A stretch of 31,248 bases of DNA from Fidelibacterota bacterium (GTDB lineage: Bacteria; Fidelibacterota; Marinisomatia; Marinisomatales; TCS55), in NCBI GenBank assembly GCA_027251445.1, contig JAPNQO010000089.1, forward strand, positions 1 to 31,248. Direction: 5' to 3'. Position numbers and translations under genes: made by a program. How positions within the stretch are numbered: position 1 is the stretch's first letter; each line of letters opens with the position of its first letter. This document shows positions 26,285 through 31,248 of this stretch, piece by piece. Below the pieces are notes generated by a model. It saw only the letters and a program-made list of their open reading frames with translations. It was not told where the DNA came from and did no database searches.

Positions 26285-28298
26285 TGATTTAAGCACATTT
26301 TCTAATTGGACTGAAGAAGATAAAGATCTATTTACTGTTGCTGTTATTAAGGGGTTGATAATGGATACAGTTCGCAATGCAAACTCTGGACATACTGGTG
26401 GTCCTATGTCTTCTGCAGATTTTTCATATTTACTATTTTCAAAATATATGAACTTTGATCCTGATAATTCTGAGTGGTTCAATCGGGATCGTTTTATATT
26501 ATCAGCAGGACATGAATCTGCATTGCTTTACACATTATTGACTCTTATTGGATGGTTAAAAATTGATGATTTACAACAATTTAGACAATTACATAGTAAA
26601 ACTCCTGGGCACCCTGAAGTAGAAATTGAAGGAGTAGAAGCCACCACAGGCCCATTAGGTCAAGGAGTTGCAATGGGCATAGGAATGGCAGTTGCCGAAG
26701 AAAAATTACGTAATATTTTTTCCCAAAAATCAAATCTGAAGACAGATCCAATTTCTCATTATAATTATATATTGGCAAGTGATGGAGACATGCAGGAGCC
26801 AGTAGCTACTGGAGCTGCTGCCTTAGCTGGTCATTGGGGTTTATCTAAAGTGATTATGTTTTATGATTCTAATGATGCTCAAATATCAGGTAACGTATCT
26901 AGATCAGACTCATCAGACTATGGGACAATATTTGATGGATATGGATGGCATGTTCAAGAAATTAATGGACATGATCATAAACAAATTTGTTCTGCAATAG
27001 AGAAGGCACAAGTGGTTAATAAACCAAGTATAATTATTGGTAAAACAATTATGGCTTATGGTGCAGTTGAAATGGAAGGAGATCACGAAACACATGGTGC
27101 TCCTTTACCTCAAGATGAAATTAATGCATCAAAAGAAAAACTAGGTTTGCCAAATGAAGAATTTTATTTACCAGCAGAGGTTGTAAGTCATTTTCAATCT
27201 AGATTTTCAACATTGAGAAATAATGTATCAAATTGGAAAAGTGAAGTTCATCAACTAAAGAAAAATAAGGAAATTGAATCTTTATGGAATATCTGTATAG
27301 ATAAAGAAATGCCAGAACTTGATCTTCCAGAATTTGAGGAAGATATTAATCTAGCTACACGGAAGGCCTTTGGTAAAACACTTGATTATTTTGCAGAAAA
27401 AATACCAAATCTTGTCGGGGGATCAGCAGATCTAGAACCGTCGAATTATACAGGAAATTTTGCTTCTAAATATGAAGATTTCCAAAAAAACAATAGGAGT
27501 GGAAGAAATTTTGCGTTTGGCGTTAGAGAGTTTCCTATGGCTGGTATATTAAATGGAATTGATTTACATGGTGGTTTAAAATCATTTGGTGGAACTTTTC
27601 TAGTTTTTTCAGACTATGAGCGACCTGCGCTTAGACTTGCTGCTATTCAAGGCCTTAATGTGATCCACGAATTTACTCATGATTCATTTTATGTTGGTGA
27701 AGACGGACCTACACATCAACCAATTGAGCATGCAATGTCTCTTCGCGCTATCCCTAATTTTCAAGTATTTCGGCCTGCTGATGCAAAAGAAACTGCAGTA
27801 TGCTTCCAAATTGCATTGCAATTTAATAATACACCTAGTGCATTATTATTAACTAGGCAAGGAGTTCCAGTTAGTTCATTAAAAATTAATTCAGTAATCG
27901 AAGGCGTACAAAGAGGTGCTTATATAGTCAAAGAACCTGAAAATAATCCAGAATTAGTTATTCTTGCAACTGGTTCTGAAGTGAGCTTGGCTCTTGAAGT
28001 TGCAGAATTAATTAATGATCGATATATCCGTGTAGTAAGTATGCCATGTTTTGAGTTATTTGAAAAACAATCTGAAGAATATAAAAAAAGTGTAATACCT
28101 GATCGGGGTTGTATGAAGATTTCTATTGAGGCTGGCATAACGCATGGATGGGAAAGATATATAGGTATAAATGGATTATCTATTGGTATAAATCATTATG
28201 GATTATCTTCCCCATATAAAGACTTAGCAAAGGAATTCGGTTTTACACCTGAAAAAGTAAAGAAAAGGATTATTGATCATTTGAATAACTTACTATGA
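26271..28298 (+). CDS. tkt: Transketolase
   Basis: SGHTG, RDRFILSAGH, TPGHPE, TTGPLGQG, SDGD..E, GSADL, FGVRE and THDSFYVGEDGPTHQP motifs. Confidence 0.96.
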   Translation: MPSNNDLSTFSNWTEEDKDLFTVAVIKGLIMDTVRNANSGHTGGPMSSADFSYLLFSKYMNFDPDNSEWFNRDRFILSAGHESALLYTLLTLIGWLKIDDLQQFRQLHSKTPGHPEVEIEGVEATTGPLGQGVAMGIGMAVAEEKLRNIFSQKSNLKTDPISHYNYILASDGDMQEPVATGAAALAGHWGLSKVIMFYDSNDAQISGNVSRSDSSDYGTIFDGYGWHVQEINGHDHKQICSAIEKAQVVNKPSIIIGKTIMAYGAVEMEGDHETHGAPLPQDEINASKEKLGLPNEEFYLPAEVVSHFQSRFSTLRNNVSNWKSEVHQLKKNKEIESLWNICIDKEMPELDLPEFEEDINLATRKAFGKTLDYFAEKIPNLVGGSADLEPSNYTGNFASKYEDFQKNNRSGRNFAFGVREFPMAGILNGIDLHGGLKSFGGTFLVFSDYERPALRLAAIQGLNVIHEFTHDSFYVGEDGPTHQPIEHAMSLRAIPNFQVFRPADAKETAVCFQIALQFNNTPSALLLTRQGVPVSSLKINSVIEGVQRGAYIVKEPENNPELVILATGSEVSLALEVAELINDRYIRVVSMPCFELFEKQSEEYKKSVIPDRGCMKISIEAGITHGWERYIGINGLSIGINHYGLSSPYKDLAKEFGFTPEKVKKRIIDHLNNLL

Positions 28299-28732
28299 TT
28301 ATCCATTTAGCTACTGACCATGCTGGTCTTGATTTGAAAAATTCAATCAAGGCATATCTTATTTCAAAAAATTATGAGGTTATTGATCATGGAGCGCATG
28401 ATTATGATCCACAAGATGATTACCCAGATTTTATTTTTCCCTGTGCAAAAGCAGTTGCAAAAGATACCAATAGTAGAGGTATAATACTTGGAGGTTCTGG
28501 ACAAGGTGAGGCGATGGCTGCAAATAGAATAAAAGGTGTTCGAGCGGCAGTCTTTTATAATGGACCTGATGAAATCATAAAGCTTTCAAGAGAGCATAAT
28601 AATGCAAATGTACTTTCTCTTGGAGCACGATTTATGTCTGAAGAGGAAATTTACAAAATTATTAATATCTGGTTAGAAGAACCATTTGGAGGGGATAGGC
28701 ACCAAAGAAGAATTGATAAACTAGATCAGTAA
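28295..28732 (+). CDS. rpiB: Ribose-5-phosphate isomerase B
   Basis: TDHAG, DDYP, GGSGQGE..AANR, REHNNAN and RHQRRI motifs. ATGA overlap with tkt. Confidence 0.94.
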   Translation: MIIHLATDHAGLDLKNSIKAYLISKNYEVIDHGAHDYDPQDDYPDFIFPCAKAVAKDTNSRGIILGGSGQGEAMAANRIKGVRAAVFYNGPDEIIKLSREHNNANVLSLGARFMSEEEIYKIINIWLEEPFGGDRHQRRIDKLDQ

Positions 28733-28786
28733 ATTGTGTGCTAATAAATCAATTAAATTTTTGAAACTTTTCCACTTAGATATATA

Positions 28787-30202
28787 ATGCCTATTTTATC
28801 AAATAAGGCAATATCTGAAGTCTTATACTGGATAACTCGTAAAAAATGGTTAATTATATCATTTATCCTAAGTATTTCATTATTCTATTTTCCCTCTCCT
28901 GAAGGTCTTTCATCAGAGGGCCACCGTACTCTAATTATTGTAATAATTGTTTTAATATTAATTATCTCTGAGTCAATTCCTTTACCGGCGGTAGCAATCT
29001 TAATCTTAATTATGCAAGTAATATTAGGTGTAGATACACCAGATGGAGTGGCTTCGACTTTTATGAGTGATGCTGTATTTTTTATAATGGGCTCATTAAT
29101 GCTTGCTGTTTCTATCGTAAGTCAAGGACTAGATAAACGTCTTGCCCTTGGGATAATAAATGTTACTGGAAATAAGACATGGAGGATTGTCTTTGGTTTT
29201 ATTTCAATTTCTGCAGTTTTATCTTCTTTTATTGGGGAGCATACAGTTGCAGCTATGATGTTGCCCGTTGCACTTTCTTTGATAAAAAATGCGGGCTTAC
29301 CACTTGATAAATCAACACGTTTGTCAAGTTTATTACTTTTTTCAATTGCCTATGGATGTGCCATGGGATCCATAGGAACACCATCCGGTGGAGGACGAAA
29401 TGTAATTATGATTGGTTATTTATCTGAATTTGGATATGGAAACATTTCATATGTTAAATGGATGCTTTATACCTATCCATTATTATTATTAGAAATACCA
29501 CTTGCTACAGTTGTTTTATGGTTTTCTTTTACACCTGAACAAAAAAACTTGGATTCTGCTGTTAGAAAACTAAAAGTAAATGTTGCAAAGTCTGGTAAGC
29601 TTAATGGAAATCAGATATTAGCTATATTATTATTTATTGTAGTTTTTTTGGGTTGGATATTTTTAAGTCCATTAATTGGCCTTGGCATTGTTGCTTTATC
29701 AGGTGTCTTCTTTTATTTAGTATTTGGACTTATCGATTGGAAAGAGATTAGTCATAATACTAATTGGGGAGTCATATTACTTTTCGGAGCTGCCATATCT
29801 CTTGGTATTCAAATGAAAGAAACAGGAGCTGCTTTATGGGTGGCAGAAAAAACATTGATTAATCTACAATTTGTCATGCAGGACCTGGGTATTGTTCGTT
29901 GGTTTGTTGCTGTTTTCCTTACTGGAATTTTAACGAATTTATTAAGTAATGCTGCTACTGTGGCCGTATTGGGGCCAATTGTTTTAGATATGGGTGGAAA
30001 CCCCATGATTCTAGGTATCGCAACCTCTATTGCATCAGCTTTTGCGTACTTAACAATTGTTGCATCTCCTACTTGTATGATTATTCATTCGACAGGCCTT
30101 ATCAAATCAAGTGATTATTTTAAAGCTGGTTGGAAACTGTTTTTTATATCAATTGTACTACTATTATTAGTTTCATATTTATATTGGCCATTGCTAGGAT
30201 GA
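28787..30202 (+). CDS. DASS/SLC13 sodium-coupled divalent anion symporter
   Basis: Polytopic protein with GLDKRLAL, GSIGTPSGGGRN, NWGVILLFG, LLSNAAT and DYFKAG motifs. Confidence 0.88.
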   Translation: MPILSNKAISEVLYWITRKKWLIISFILSISLFYFPSPEGLSSEGHRTLIIVIIVLILIISESIPLPAVAILILIMQVILGVDTPDGVASTFMSDAVFFIMGSLMLAVSIVSQGLDKRLALGIINVTGNKTWRIVFGFISISAVLSSFIGEHTVAAMMLPVALSLIKNAGLPLDKSTRLSSLLLFSIAYGCAMGSIGTPSGGGRNVIMIGYLSEFGYGNISYVKWMLYTYPLLLLEIPLATVVLWFSFTPEQKNLDSAVRKLKVNVAKSGKLNGNQILAILLFIVVFLGWIFLSPLIGLGIVALSGVFFYLVFGLIDWKEISHNTNWGVILLFGAAISLGIQMKETGAALWVAEKTLINLQFVMQDLGIVRWFVAVFLTGILTNLLSNAATVAVLGPIVLDMGGNPMILGIATSIASAFAYLTIVASPTCMIIHSTGLIKSSDYFKAGWKLFFISIVLLLLVSYLYWPLLG

Positions 30203-31083
30203 AAATATTAATTGCAGTAAGTAGTAAGAAGTATTCAAAGCCAACTTTGCGTGTTGGCATGAATGTTTCACGGGCTTTCAAGGCATCAACAACAATAGTT
30301 GATGTTGGAAAAAAAATAAATGATTTCAGTATGAAAGACGTAATGATGGCACAAGAACGTATAGAAAACTGGAATATAGATCGACCTGGAATTGATGTTT
30401 TGGAGTGGGCTTTTGGATATCTTGCTGAAAACAACTTTATTGAAAAAAATGAAATTGAAGCTGGGTTTCCTAAGAATACTTTAGTTGATACCGGAAATAA
30501 TCGTTGTGAAGTGTATTTAAAAGGAACAGTGAGCGATAATGTTAATTTGATACTTAGAAATGGAAATGTTATAGATGAATTAAAAGATGAAGTTGAAAAT
30601 TTTTTTTATGATGTTACGATTATTGGTGGGAGTCAACGTAGGAATATGGCTCATGATCTTATACAGTATATAGATAGTTCAATTTTTGTAGTCAATAATT
30701 TTAATTTAAATAAAAAATATAAAATATTAATTGCAGTAAATAATTCACCAAACACAAAGAAAGCCATCAAATATGGTGTCAGAATTGCTCAGGCTTTTGA
30801 AGTACCCATTCAAGCAATAACAATTAATGAAACTGATAGCATTGAGGAAAAAGACAATAAAGCTGTAGCATGGTTTAAAAAATTATTACGTCGATCTAAT
30901 ATACCATATGATCATAAATTTCTCACTGGGAACACAGCATCTATAATTAATAACGAGGCCAGTGATAATCATATTATTGTAATGGGATCATCTACAAAAA
31001 ACCCTTTAATAAAATTTTTTGCAGGAAGTAAACCATTAGATGTAATGAAAAATTGTAATTGTCCTATATTAATTGTTAAATAA
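30199..31083 (+). CDS. Tandem universal stress protein (USP) domain protein
   Basis: Real start is probably ATG 30199 (MKILIAVS; ATGA overlap with the DASS stop) rather than 30130. The second domain begins KILIAVNNS and ends IVMGS..FAGS..CPILIVK. Confidence 0.85.
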   Translation: MKILIAVSSKKYSKPTLRVGMNVSRAFKASTTIVDVGKKINDFSMKDVMMAQERIENWNIDRPGIDVLEWAFGYLAENNFIEKNEIEAGFPKNTLVDTGNNRCEVYLKGTVSDNVNLILRNGNVIDELKDEVENFFYDVTIIGGSQRRNMAHDLIQYIDSSIFVVNNFNLNKKYKILIAVNNSPNTKKAIKYGVRIAQAFEVPIQAITINETDSIEEKDNKAVAWFKKLLRRSNIPYDHKFLTGNTASIINNEASDNHIIVMGSSTKNPLIKFFAGSKPLDVMKNCNCPILIVK

Positions 31084-31182
31084 TAAAACACAAAGTTTTA
31101 ATGAATTTAGTTCTGGCTTTACTGTTAGCTTTTCATTATTTAAAATGTCATTAATAATTAAAGTAAAATAAAGGAAAAAACT

Positions 31183-31248
31183 ATGTCATCAAGTTCAAAT
31201 CCTACCTCAGCTGCTTATAAACATGCTATAAAAGAATTAGGCTTAAAA
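31183..31248 (+). CDS. Start of an unidentified gene (3'-truncated by the window edge)
   Basis: AAGGA RBS, then ATG and an open frame MSSSSNPTSAAYKHAIKELGLK to the window end. Confidence 0.6.
   Translation, partial: MSSSSNPTSAAYKHAIKELGLK

Noticed and set aside
1..28732. Calvin cycle (aldolase, GlpX, tkt, rpe, rpiB)
   Set aside because: No RuBisCO or phosphoribulokinase in the window. These genes are explained by gluconeogenesis and the pentose phosphate pathway.
30130..30198. Listed upstream start of the USP gene
   Set aside because: It would overlap the DASS gene by 73 nt. ATG 30199 gives a standard ATGA overlap and a typical USP N-terminus.
508..30434. Short ORFs overlapping the main genes in other frames or antisense (e.g. 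508..753, 3008..3361, 14721..15107, 20469..20804, 25143..25511, 30144..30434)
   Set aside because: They lie inside well-supported genes, have no recognisable motifs, and look like shadow frames.

Overview
AT-rich, gene-dense bacterial chromosomal segment with many overlapping or abutting genes. A marine diderm such as Marinimicrobia/FCB is my impression from gene content and composition, not a demonstrated assignment. From left to right: (1) end of a pfp-glpX-class I aldolase operon with a bidirectional terminator; (2) a porin plus an acidic beta-propeller lipoprotein; (3) a thiamine pyrophosphokinase-Na+:solute symporter-CYTH operon; (4) a decaying three-gene envelope export module (40-codon MMPL-like remnant, LolA-like gene with an in-frame stop, intact beta-barrel); (5) queC-queE-queD; (6) a phosphate island with phoB-phoR on the + strand and phoX, an unannotated 59-aa membrane protein, ppk2, a Na+/Pi cotransporter and a PhoU-like gene on the - strand; (7) a TetR-controlled beta-oxidation operon running straight into phoX; (8) yidD, a lipoprotein, an SDR, rpe-tkt-rpiB, a DASS transporter and a USP. 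The main hidden signal is a shared TTTACA-type 11-bp direct-repeat motif, in constant phase with a -10 hexamer, upstream of four transcription units. It defines a candidate Pho regulon with no pstSCAB in the window and brings three uncharacterised genes (porin, propeller lipoprotein, 59-aa membrane protein) into phosphate scavenging. No rRNA, tRNA, CRISPR array or mobile element was seen.
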